Below are positions 46,901 through 57,300 of a DNA stretch of 64,000 nt, in pieces. Position 1 is the first letter of the stretch. Every line of letters begins with the position of its first letter. Position numbers and translations under genes: made by a program. Below the pieces are notes generated by a model that did not search any database, was not told the DNA's origin, and worked only from the letters and a program-made list of their open reading frames with translations. The stretch is taken from positions 40,858,001 to 40,922,000 of the forward strand of contig OX638161.1 in the NCBI GenBank assembly GCA_951804945.1, given 5' to 3'. This stretch comes from Podarcis cretensis (Eukaryota).

Positions 46901-47615
46901 AGGAATGTACTTGCCATGGCTTGGTAGGCCACTGACACAAGATTATTCGACAATACGACCAGGTTCTGGTTGGACTGCAGGCCTTGGGTCCGGGCATGGA
47001 CTTGCTTTAGGGCCATTGCGGGCTGGAATAAAAGAACGAATAAACACGATGGTGACAGGTCAGGGAGCAGTAAAGTCAGCAGGACCAAGTCCTGAGCCAC
47101 CTGTGTCTGGGATGGGAAGAAGGGTGTATGGGCTTACAAGCCAATCAGCCAATGTACACTGGCTGAAGGACGTGTTGGGATCTAAGCATACAGTGTCTCG
47201 ACTCTCTGTAACAGTTCGTGGCTCAAAAGCAAACAGTCCTGACTCTATGGCAGAGAGACGAAGTCCAGGCCTGTTAACAGGAAAGCAAGAGTTGAAAGAT
47301 TGGCGGGATGGGGTAATGGGAATTGCAATTAAAAGGTACAATGCCATGAGGCGGGCAATGTGGGGCGAAGGCCCAGCTGGTTTGCATGTGAAGGGAGTGA
47401 AGGTGGCTGAAAGTCCCATTGATACTATTCCATTGAGTTCTGTTAAGACTAGTTCCATTCTGGGGCAGGTTGAACAGAGGGCACTGAGGCTGGCACAGCA
47501 TGTGGAGGGTGAGGCTGTGTCAGGATTGGAAGTAGAAGGGCAGGGGCTGGCTGAGAGGCTGAAGCAGGATATGGAGCCAGCAGGGTCAGGCCAGGGAGGT
47601 AGAATTACAAGGTAA
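43917..47615 (+). CDS. Uncharacterised 1232-aa Glu/Gly-rich ORF in SRCAP intron 1; candidate giant alternative first coding exon of SRCAP (exon end 47611)
   Basis: 3.7 kb without a stop codon; gtcATGg strong Kozak context with an in-frame TGA just upstream; strong purine bias; no recognisable RT, transposase or gag motifs; stop overlaps a donor (ACAAG|GTAACT) whose phase matches the next SRCAP exon. Confidence 0.75.
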   Translation: MEPEEGQAEAQDDRKGKEAVVNEETTVEGPPNEAERKITGLLPETGVGQGEAKDSEAEEEAEKEHEAPTTRELMEPDQDTFGPLAELDRGVAEDALKREVALGMSGEEAEEIIEPDLRKAEELETVILEELQLKSNREKEEVEESREPNQEETSVFGSPDEREAEGKTGKGMDQQETQEFIHEEETLLGEGEMVLEMGGNWTEELAGPDHGKEEDLVEEDHVDSGERVEKGDEQEKLMELEEREAEATVREDEAVGEAEKMPESMEVGESDKEGESTDNHGEMEELSGLGQGEILEVTGKEEDVAPAIDYEETEKVPDVNERELEEVTAEEDAILARGGEELVGLGQGEIEVLTGEEEPVLGKREAEMTVGPSEEGLGEEIERENRVSGVDQREAESMIVEGDLASSEGWGEVEDLEKSSRGEAEEVAPLMDQVKAEVLQEDLRGSELVIAEREAGAAEEKAEHLVVASQGEVEGKTEKESMASTLDQGSPRIDEKQAEEVAAEKDVESVEDQKQVEDLAGISQGEIGSMVATVEEGEDKREAEVATSKRDVAFIEGEGLVVTSQVETEEVTVKEDMIHVALDVAEQVIGAAQRETEKMSAVGQEEGREEAVGAPVRVAGAQEETGGLEEELVQSQEMGPGEEVKLGTSQEKVELAEPEQRETKEQVGLDQGEAKQLGSTERVTREESREIREALFRDQSDTKVLVEPFQGPVVEVTSVGEIVLTEQHQGTVGRKVPSQEKTLVWSPELEEQLGGPTQEMAGVPSREGILSQRAKPSEEDTRVTWLASDTNLAQGQVEPSLKVAELNKSGSSVLSSHLSQRTAIGSQEERRKLKGKIISGLAGLRQGPILVPHQGATRLSGFRRGVLEHRAPGLIVTSLTAMAKQKGMIKEARTQLGKGELDQRETRSAELRSRAIRVKVGEPVVMMGYRIGREGMSCFSEADNRIESFQQVPVMEEAGKGSDQTPAEPPRQEQIVKELEILAKDVDDRARQHPEGMYLPWLGRPLTQDYSTIRPGSGWTAGLGSGHGLALGPLRAGIKERINTMVTGQGAVKSAGPSPEPPVSGMGRRVYGLTSQSANVHWLKDVLGSKHTVSRLSVTVRGSKANSPDSMAERRSPGLLTGKQELKDWRDGVMGIAIKRYNAMRRAMWGEGPAGLHVKGVKVAESPIDTIPLSSVKTSSILGQVEQRALRLAQHVEGEAVSGLEVEGQGLAERLKQDMEPAGSGQGGRITR

Positions 47616-48069
47616 CTGGGTTAAGTGTGGAGTGAGAGGGAAGGAACAAAAGGTTTGGGAGATAGTGGGTTATTTATGAGCTAGGGACAAAATTGAGCTA
47701 TAGAAGCAGAGAGTTAATAGGATGCTATAGCAATAGAGTTGAGTTGCAAAATCTCAGCTTGCAGGATGAATGGGTTGTAGATCTCTCTCAAAAGAATGAA
47801 GCCAAGAAGGGAAGTAAACTTCCCTGGGATAATGATATGAGGATGACGGGCAGAATATTGACGCTTCTGAAGCAAAGGTGGGTACATAGGAAGCAAAATA
47901 AAAATAATTTATTATTTATACTCCACTCATCTAGCCGGGTCACCCCAGATACTGAGAAGATTTTGGGCTCTGGATACCTAGGCATGGGAGTGAGTGAAAA
48001 GGACACTGCTAGACAACTCAGAATCCGTAAAGTGGATGGGAAAGTGAGATAATTCTAGTGGTTCACTAA

Positions 48070-48205
48070 ACCGCACCCCAAACAGGTTCCTGCCTCTTTT
48101 CATAGGCTTGAATTTGGTAGCTGGTGCGTACAGTAAAACTCTCCACCGCAACCCGTGGGCCGGCTATTCCCATGCTGTCTGCGTAACAATAAAAGAGAGA
48201 CAGGG
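48070..48205 (+). ncRNA. SNORA30: H/ACA box snoRNA, SNORA30/SNORA37-like
   Basis: Hairpin 1 closed by CGCACC/GGTGCG; H box ACAGTA (48130-48135); hairpin 2 closed by CTCT/AGAG; ACA at 48200-48202 plus 3 nt; ~135 nt. ATTTGGTAGCTGGTGC matches human SNORA30 as I recall it, and human SNORA30 is hosted in an SRCAP intron. Confidence 0.7.
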
Positions 48206-48349
48206 TTTGATCTACCCTTTGGCAGAGTCGTTCAGGGTCCCAAGAGCAAGTTTGAATGATCCTTACCTAAAGGAATAGGTTGCTGTGCATCTACCACATG
48301 CGCGCACACACAAAATGTTCTCTGGACTAACGGTTCCATCTTTTTTCAG

Positions 48350-48423
48350 GTGTAGTATTCCCCAGGAAAGCGAAACCCTGGAAGTTCAGCCTGACAAGCA
48401 AGAGGAGTTCGCAGCTCACGCAG
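48350..48423 (+). other. SRCAP: SRCAP leader exon 2 (5' UTR, or coding in the extended isoform)
   Basis: Branch point CTAAC at 48327-48331, polypyrimidine TTTTTTCAG|G, donor CAG|GTACAG (alternative in-phase donor 6 nt further on); open in the SRCAP frame: (R)CSIPQESETLEVQPDKQEEFAAHA. Confidence 0.7.
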
Positions 48424-49684
48424 GTACAGGTGAAACTGAATACCATTGGGGAATTGGCAACAGGGGTTTAAGCAGGAACATCAAGCAAATATAAATCTTT
48501 GGCTGTTTTTCTGAGCTCAGTGTTGGATTTATTTTCTTTTCAAAATGCTTTTTCTGTCACCAACATCTATATTGATGGGCCAGAATTTATTATGTACTGG
48601 AATCTGGCTTGGCCACAACTAAACTTAATTTGCTTGTTGAGATATGATGGAGGGATATAAAAAGCAGCTCAAAGGAATGAAATAAAATTTACAGTATCTT
48701 TTCATAACTCCCCTGGAAATTTTTGGAAAGTCTAGGCATTTAGTACTAAACAGTAGAATATGTATCCAGTGGAGGAAGATAGGGGAATCCTCTACTTGTG
48801 GGCAGGGTTTACATCTTTTGTGTCTAAATATTAAAGTTTTAAATGCAAACTTTGAGAGAAAACATATTTTCACATTACCCAAACATTTATTCTGTAACAG
48901 AAAATGTTTGCTTGTGTGTACAAACTTAGCAACGGAGATTTTCTAATGTTGTTGTGTTTTTGATAGCTACTGTGTTGGATATATTAATTTTCTACTGGGT
49001 TCTGCCACCAGATCTCTTGTATATTGTAAATTGGGAGAGGCTAACCCCCAGTTTGGGGGGCCCTGATCCGGCTCCCAAGCAAATTTTTCTGGGGCTCCCC
49101 TGATTTTGGCAACAGCAACAAAAAAGGAAAAAAAGAACCCCTCCTCCCTTCACTGTAATTATTAATCAAATCATATTTATACTCACAGCTTCTTTTTTGA
49201 AAAAAACCTAGTGAGAAATGAGATTTGATCAGCTGGGAACTGTTTAGTTTACATTTATGCTCTTTAGTTAATAGCTGCTTTTAAGGTGCATTACTTTCCT
49301 TCTTTAATTTTTAGTGCTTTACTTTGTGTTAAAGGAAAGTAAAATTGTATGCAGAGGGCATGCTAATGTCATTTTGACGTTTAATTTCACTTCCTCTGAA
49401 AATCTTCCTTTAGCTTGTTCTTGAGTGGGTGTCTTTCAGTTCTTTTCAGTCTGGCTCTGATCACAATGCGACTGATTTATCTTCATGAATCTCTAGATAA
49501 TTCTGAGACAGGCAGTCCCGAGCGCAGGCTGGGCTGCCAAGGAACCCAGGAGCTGGACGGCTCGTCCCAGTGGCTGGCTGACCAGAATGAGGCCGGTTCC
49601 GAGCATGCACTGGAGCAGGAAGCCAGCACTACAACCGCAAACGAAGCTGTTGGGACGAGAGGCAAAGAGCAAGAGAGAACTAAA

Positions 49685-51293
49685 ATGCAGAGCAGTCCTC
49701 CCCAACAGCAACATGCGCTGCAACCACAGGTAGAGTTGGAGGTGAGGGGAATCCCAGTGTAAGGCCCTGTGTTTTGAGGCCGCTTACTGGATTACAGTTT
49801 TTCAAAACACTGTAGTTCATTAGGGGTCTTCGGAATGAATTTTGACTGCTTTAATGAAGTATGTGGATGAGCATTGTACTACAAAGAGCATCTGTGAGAG
49901 TCAGAACAAGGGATGCTCTTCTCTGATGCTCTACCTAGACAAGCTCCCCAGAGCCGTTAGGTTCCTTTCTAGCATTAAGGCCACTATAATAATGTTCTAC
50001 CCTCGTTTGTCTCCTCTTGTTCATCTCAGACTGCATCGGACAGAATGACAGGCAGTAACCCAGTGTCACCAGCCTCCTCAGGCTCACCTGCCTCAACTGG
50101 CAGCATCTCACCACCACATCTCACCCACGACTCCTCGCTGGACAGTCACCCAGGTTTTGATGTTCCCAAGACACAGAACAGAGCCCTTGTGTCGCCCGGG
50201 ATGTACACCTCCCCGGACCCTGCAAGCATGTGGGACAAGACACACGCGGAGATTGCTGAGCAGGCTAAGCATGTAAGCCACGCAGGGTCCAGGGATCATT
50301 TGGCCCCCTCTGCTCTCTTGAGTTGGGCATGAACATACACAATCTAAGTTAACATTCTGTTTAGCTTGTCGTTGCAAGCTGCAGTTCACATGGATACAGT
50401 GTTTTGGGCTAACTGACTTGGGGGATGTATTCCAGGAGGCAGAGATTGAAAACCGCATTGCAGAAATGAAGAAGGAAGGGTTCTGGTCCATGAAACGGCT
50501 GTCGAAGGTGCCTGAGCCAGTCCGGCCCAAAGTGCACTGGGATTATCTTTGCGAGGAGATGCAGTGGCTCTCTGCTGACTTTGCCCAAGAGCGCCGATGG
50601 AAGAGGGGTGTTGCGAGGAAGGTGAGTTTGATGGAAACAGCTGCCAATCTACAAACATTTAACCCATCTCTTTCAGTCAGTTTTCACTCATGCATTCCAA
50701 TCTCTGGGTTTAAGGGCATTTCATAATCGTGCAATTTTGTAACACCTCAGGCTTGTAGCTTGTGCTGTTGCAGAAAAGCAATATAATATGTGTGTCCCTA
50801 GGATTTCCATCCACTTTAGTGAAGTGGAGCTAGCTCTTCCCTACGACCCAGATTTAGGAAGGACTGTTTAGAGCCGTGGAAATCTGTGAAGACTTGTGAT
50901 TATTAACATGATCCTTCTCTCCTTTGTTTCTTGCAGGTGGTGCGCATGGTGATCAGACACCACGAAGAGCAGAAGCAAAAAGAAGAACGAGCCAAACGGG
51001 AGGAGCAGGCCAAGCTGCGCCGTATTGCCTCGTCCATCGCCAAAGAGGTCAAGCAATTCTGGAGCAACGTAGAGAAGGTACGTGAGGAACCTGTCTCGCA
51101 TCATAAAAGCAGCATGCAGGCCTTGCTCCTGAATACAGGAGCCACACCTTGAGCCAGGTGTCTGGAGCTGGTTGCCTCTACTCTGCCTAATCAAAAATAC
51201 TGTGGATTCACCCATAGAAGGGTTGAGTGTGAGTGAATCTCTTGACTTTATAGTTTGTTGTGGAATTTCTCTAATTAATATATGCGTATAGGT

Positions 51294-51336
<43 letters not shown>

Positions 51337-54300
51337 CATACACACACACACACATATATACATACATACATACATGCATACACTCACATATGAATGACTT
51401 CATTTAGACAAAATACATAAAGTATAACAAACCAGAATTTCAAACACATAAAGCATGCAGTTAGTTGGAGGTTTATGTCCAGTCTCATTCATTCTTCACT
51501 TCTGCATTCATATTAAAAAGGCGAGGCAAATTATACTCTTGTTTATTCTCCCACAGCAGTGAAATGAATTGTTCTGCTCTGTCTCAAAACATCAGTTGCT
51601 TTTATTACTTGTAATTGGAGTTACTGTTCCAAATAACTAAATTGGGGTTTCCTGCTTTTACGTGAGTAACAAAGTGCTTTTTAATAGCTTTGAAAAATTT
51701 GCAAGGTTAAGGTTGCAGAGAAAAGAGTGGCACTGTGTGCACAGGGCTACTGAAGACTTAGAGAACATAGTAGCTCTTTGCCCATGTTGCCTTTAACTCA
51801 AGAGCAAGTTCTATCACAGCACATTCTGCAGGAATGAACTTGGAGACTTCCCCCCTAAACTCTTTTTTCCTCAGGTTGTGCAATTCAAGCAGCAATCACG
51901 TCTGGAGGAAAAACGGAAAAAAGCCTTGGACCTGCAGCTGGACTTTATAGTGGGCCAGACAGAGAAATACTCGGACCTACTGACCCAGAGCCTCAATGAG
52001 ACCTTTCCAGTTCTCAGCAAGACCGGTGGCTCCCATGCGGGCTCTACTGCCTCTAGCCCACCACACCCCAGTCACCTCACTGAGGATGAAGGTCAGAAAC
52101 TTAAAAGTCTCAACCCTTTTCTCTGAAACTGCCCAGCCCCAGCCCATCCAGGGCTAGCTCAACACGGATACCCCTATATGGCTTACATCCTATGAATGTA
52201 ATTGCAGGGGGGAACTTCCATACCCATTCCCTCCTCCTGCCCAACCAAACATGGTAGAATTGTAATGTGTGCTTCTTTTGAGGAGAGACTGTGTAAGCCC
52301 CAAGGAATTGCGTCTGACCACTCCCCTTTTCCTTCCCTGGCAGATGGGGATTTTCAACCCCATGACGAGTCGGATGATGAGGAGACTATCGAGGTAGAAG
52401 AGCAGCAGGAAGGGAATGATTCAGAGACTCAGCAACGGGAGATTGAGTTGCTTAAGCAGGAGAGTGAACTGCCCCTGGAAGAGCTGCTGCAGTCACTGCC
52501 ACCCCAAATTTTGGAGAACTCCTTCAGCGTGCCCCCTTGTGCCTCTAGTTCTGAAAATGATGAAGAGGAGGAGGGTGACAGTGAAGAGGAAGAGGAGCAG
52601 GACGAAAAACAGACTTCCAAGAAGTTAAAGGTGTGCTGCTGGTTTATGGGCAAGTCTTGGGTTCAGATTCGTAGGGAACCCTACTTAGAATATGCAGCTA
52701 CAGAATTCTGACCATCATGCAGTCACGCTTTGATGGGCATCACCAGCAGGTAGGAAAGGGACACAGAGTCAGGCAAGGGGTCAAGGCTGGGCCTGGACAG
52801 GTAAGGGCCTAGCTGCAGATAGCAGAAAAGCTAGTTGAGGATACTTGTTGCCAAATTTCTGTCCTGCTTTCCGTAACATGCACATGCACTGCTAAAGGCC
52901 TTCCATCTTGGTCTGAAAGCCCCTTCTCATATTTGGCAGGAGAAGCCAAAGCCTGTTACTCAGAGGAATAAAAAACCCTGGAAGCCCGATGAAGAGGATG
53001 AGGAGTTCACTGCCAATGAGGAAGAAGGTGAGCCTGTTATTTTGGGTCTGCGGTTGACTGTTGGAAACTTGCGGCAGGGACCAGCGCTGGAATCCTTTCA
53101 TGCAGTAACACAGGGCATCCTTCCTCTTGTAGCTGAAGATGAAGAGGAAACAATAGATGCAGAAGAAAAGCTGGAAGGAGATGTGGATCACAGCCAGGAG
53201 CTGGATGAGCTGGCCAAGGAAGGTTCGGAAGCAGATGGTGGCTGGGGTGGCAAATGGGGGTCAGGACTTTCATTCCCTGGGCCCTGAACACTATTTGCTT
53301 TATTACTAAATTGTGTTTCCGAATGTCTGCTAGGTCTGTGAACCATCGTTCCCAGAATTTCTGCTCTTAAAGGGACGTAGGGCCAGGGTAAGCACCTGCC
53401 CCAACTCAGTATTGTATTTCTTGCCCTACCCCCAAGTGTTTCCAGTTGCCCTGGAACCTGTAATCTAACTTAGTAGACCAACCTTACTTGTTGACAAACT
53501 GAGTTGGGCCTATATTGGTTGCACTATGTCTATTTCCATTTCTTTCCACAACCATGGGAAAATAAAGCAGTATTGCCAACATAAGTCTAAAAGGGGACTG
53601 GTTTGAACTGATGGACAAGTTTGGTGAGCTCAGAATTGATAACAAGTCATTGAACCCAAAACCTAGGCTGGGGTTTCCAAGATGGAACCCTCTGTTTTAA
53701 TTTGTAGCTAGTTACAGAACCAGAGGGCCACTTCAACAGGATATGATCAGGGATCAGAGAAGAGAACTATCTGTCTTAGTGTTTGGGCATAATCTTGTGC
53801 TTTCTTTTGCTTTGGCAGGTGAGTTGCCCATGGATGAGTTGCTGCAGAAATACGCTGGTGCCTATACCTCAGACTTTGAAATGGAGGAGTCGGACACGTC
53901 ATCCGAGGCCTCAGAGCCCAGCACTTCTGAGTATGAGGAAGAGTCAGAGGAAGAAGACAGCAGTAGCCAGTCAGGTATAAAGGAAGGGAATGGGTCGTAA
54001 AGGAAAAAGAGAAATTATACGAACAAGATATGATGTGGCAACACCAAGATAAGACTGGATAGAATTATGAACTTTGTTTGGACTGATTGGGACTGATTTG
54101 GACATTAACGCAGTAATAAGAAGATGATCTGAATTCCCCTTTGGATCTTGAAGTATGGGTTCCCCCAACAAAATTTAAAAATTTGGCTTTGTAATTCGGA
54201 ATTTATATGATGTGATTTAATTTGATGTAATTGGCCAGTTAATAAAAATTATTTTAAAAAAAAAAAAGGAAGGGAATGGGTCTTGTAACTTTGGAAAGCA

Positions 54301-57300
54301 ATTGAATCTTGTATGTAATTACAGTGGTACCTTGATTCTCAAACTTAATCCGTTCCGGAAGTCTGTTCCAAAACCAAAGCTTTCAAAACCAAGGCGCGTT
54401 TTCCCATAGAAAGTAACGTAAAACAGATTAATCCGTTCCAGGCTTTTAAAAACAACCCCTAAAACAGCAATTTAGCATCAATTTTACTATCTTATGAGGC
54501 CATTGATCCATAAAATGAAAGCAATAAACAATGCACTGTACTATAAAATAAATAAAATTAAAATTTTAAAAAAATTATTACCTGCACTGATGATAGTCAT
54601 TGTTTGGATGGGTTTTTTTATCCATTTCTGCAGTCACACAATCATTCAGTAGCTGAACTGGGATCCACACAGTCATAAAAACAAATTAACTGAAAAAGCC
54701 TCAAAACAAAAAACACAAAATAAATAGCAAAAACAAAAGCTCCAAATATCACCTGAGAATACTGCAGTCGGAAACGGAAGGCTTTAATTACAATGGGGGG
54801 GACGCAAAGTAGCAGCGCAACAGGAAACACGGAAACGGAAGGCTTGAATTACAATGGGGGGACTCAAATTAGCGCAACAGGAAACATGGAGATGCAAATC
54901 AGCAGCACAACAGGAAACGGGGCTCAAAACGGAGCATGTTCGACTTCCAAAAAAAAGTTTGAAAACTGGAACACCTACTTCCAGTTTTGCAGCACTCGGG
55001 TTCCAAGTTGTTCGTGAACTAAGCTGTTCGAAAACCAAGGTACCACTGTATTATCTCCTCTTTATAGCCGAAGGTATTCTTAGCAGGTGTCCTCAAGTAT
55101 TTGCCTTAGTCTTGGGATCAGACTTTGTTTTTGAAGAAATGTTTGTCCCAAAAACAACTTAACATGCTGCATTTGTCTTGATGGAATTTGTGGCACGTAA
55201 CAAATGATTTCTTGTATAGAGCAGTGTAGTTTGTAAGGCACTGATTTAAAGATGATAGCAATAAGTTGCCCAGCTGCTTTTTGTCCTGACATTGCTAGTT
55301 CTTTCAGATTCCACAGAAGAAGTGGAGAGTGAGCAGGATGAAAGTGAAGAGGAGGATGCCATGGAAGGCGGGGAGGAAGAAGCCTCTGTGAGCCAGGAGG
55401 AGGACTTTGGTGTTGAGTATCTTCTGAAGCAGGATGAGGATCGTGGTGGCGAGGGAGACAATGACTCGACTCCAGCCCCAGGGCCCAAGAAGGAGATCAC
55501 AGACATAGCAGCCGCAGCGGAGAGCCTGCAACCCAAAGGTTATACCTTGGATACTACGCAGGTGAGTCAGAGGGAATCTGCAGGGGATTGCACTGGAATA
55601 AAGCAGGCAAATTATATTGCCCTTCTCCCATGTAGGTTAAGACGCCTATTCCCTATCTGTTGCGTGGGACACTGCGAGAATACCAACACATTGGTCTGGA
55701 CTGGTTGGTCACCATGTATGAGAAGAAACTCAATGGTATTCTGGCGGATGAGATGGGGCTTGGCAAAACAATCCAGACGATCTCGCTGCTGGCGCATCTG
55801 GCCTGCGAAAAGGGTGGGTCAGGAACTTTGAGAAGAGAACGGAGGGTGAGGATGGGCTCCTTGCTAGAAGCAGTAGATGGCATCTTAAACCTCCTAAGAT
55901 GTGGAGTAACAAAATTCATGCTCTCAGTGCTTTTAGTGGTCACTGTTGCCTTTGGCAGCTTGGCTTTAACAGCTCCATTCTGGGGACAAATGGGCTATGG
56001 AGAGCAAGCTCTGGAGGGGAGAGAGCTGGATTTGCTCAGGGGAGGGCATGTGGCTGAGGAGTGAGGCACAGAGGCAGCCTTGGTCTCCAGAGTCATGGAA
56101 GCTTCTCTGCTGTGCTTGTGTGCTCCTGTAGGCAGCTGGGGCCCCCACCTGATCATCGTTCCCACCAGCGTGATACTGAACTGGGAGATGGAGATCAAGC
56201 GCTGGTGCCCCAGTTTCAAGATCCTCACCTACTACGGGGCACAGAAGGAGCGTAAGCTAAAACGGCAGGTGAGAGAACTCAGGCTTTGCAGCTGGGACCA
56301 GAGATGGGTTTTGTGTCTCACAATGTAAATGGTTTTATACCTCCAGATAAGCATAAAAATGTGTCTTTGTGGTTGAAAAAATGTAATGTTGGGTATTGTT
56401 TTTCTCCAGGAAACATTCTGATTTCTATGGTCCTTTGATAAAGTATTTAAAAGATTTCCCTCCCCCGCCATCTGTTTCTAAGTAAATCAAAAAGGGTGGC
56501 TAGTCTACAAAGTGAGAAACTAGACTATTAGCATTATTTTGGGTAGCATGTACTGTATGGTGCTAAATTAGGTTTGGTGGTCATGCTGTGCTAATAAGAG
56601 ATCTGTTTTAAGGAAACTGAGATGATGCTTGTGGGTAATTGTAATGCAGTCTCTGATCCATATGTGGCTCACAATAGAAGACATATAGCTAGCATAATTT
56701 CCCAAAAGCACATAAAAAAGAATTGAATTAGTATGTGTCATATGAGTCCAGGGGATAGAGATTACCTCATATTGTAAAAAGAGGCACAAGTTTTACTCCA
56801 GAATTGATTTGTATTTGTATGTAGCTATATTTGTGTGTCTATTCATTTGGGGGGGAGGGGACCAGTTGGTGAAACATGGGCAAATCATGCTATAGTATTT
56901 CTTTGCTGGTGCACGACAAAGGAATATGAAGCCCACCTCTATAGCTCAGTTGGTAGAACAGGGGACTCCTAACCTTAGGGTCATGGGTTCGAGCCCCATG
57001 TTGGGGAAAAGGTTCCCTCACTGCAAGGAGTTGGCCTAGATGATCCTTGTGGTCCCTTCCAGCTCTACTTTTCTATGATTCTCTGAATAAGACATGGTGG
57101 TGGCTCAATTCTTTGGTACTCCAGGAAACATAAGGTAGGGAAATCCTAAGTAGAGATATTAAAGAATTTTAGTTATTTTTAGTCTTTAAATTACTTGATA
57201 ATAGTCTGGAATGCATTTAGGGCTGAAATAAGGGGTTCTTAGATCAGTATTGTTCTTAAATAAGTAGTGCAGGACCCTCCTCTATACATTCTTTGGCACC

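Noticed and set aside
43911-47615. Giant ORF as a retroelement or endogenous viral gene
   Set aside because: No LTRs, TIRs, TSD or poly(A) tail seen at the flanks, and no gag zinc knuckle, RT, integrase or transposase motifs; not fully excluded without a database search.
49441-49450. Alternative acceptor TCTTTTCAG at 49449 for SRCAP exon 3
   Set aside because: It would put exon 2 out of frame (GTC TGG CTC TGA); harmless for a UTR-only isoform but incompatible with the extended one. RNA-seq is needed to decide which acceptor is used.
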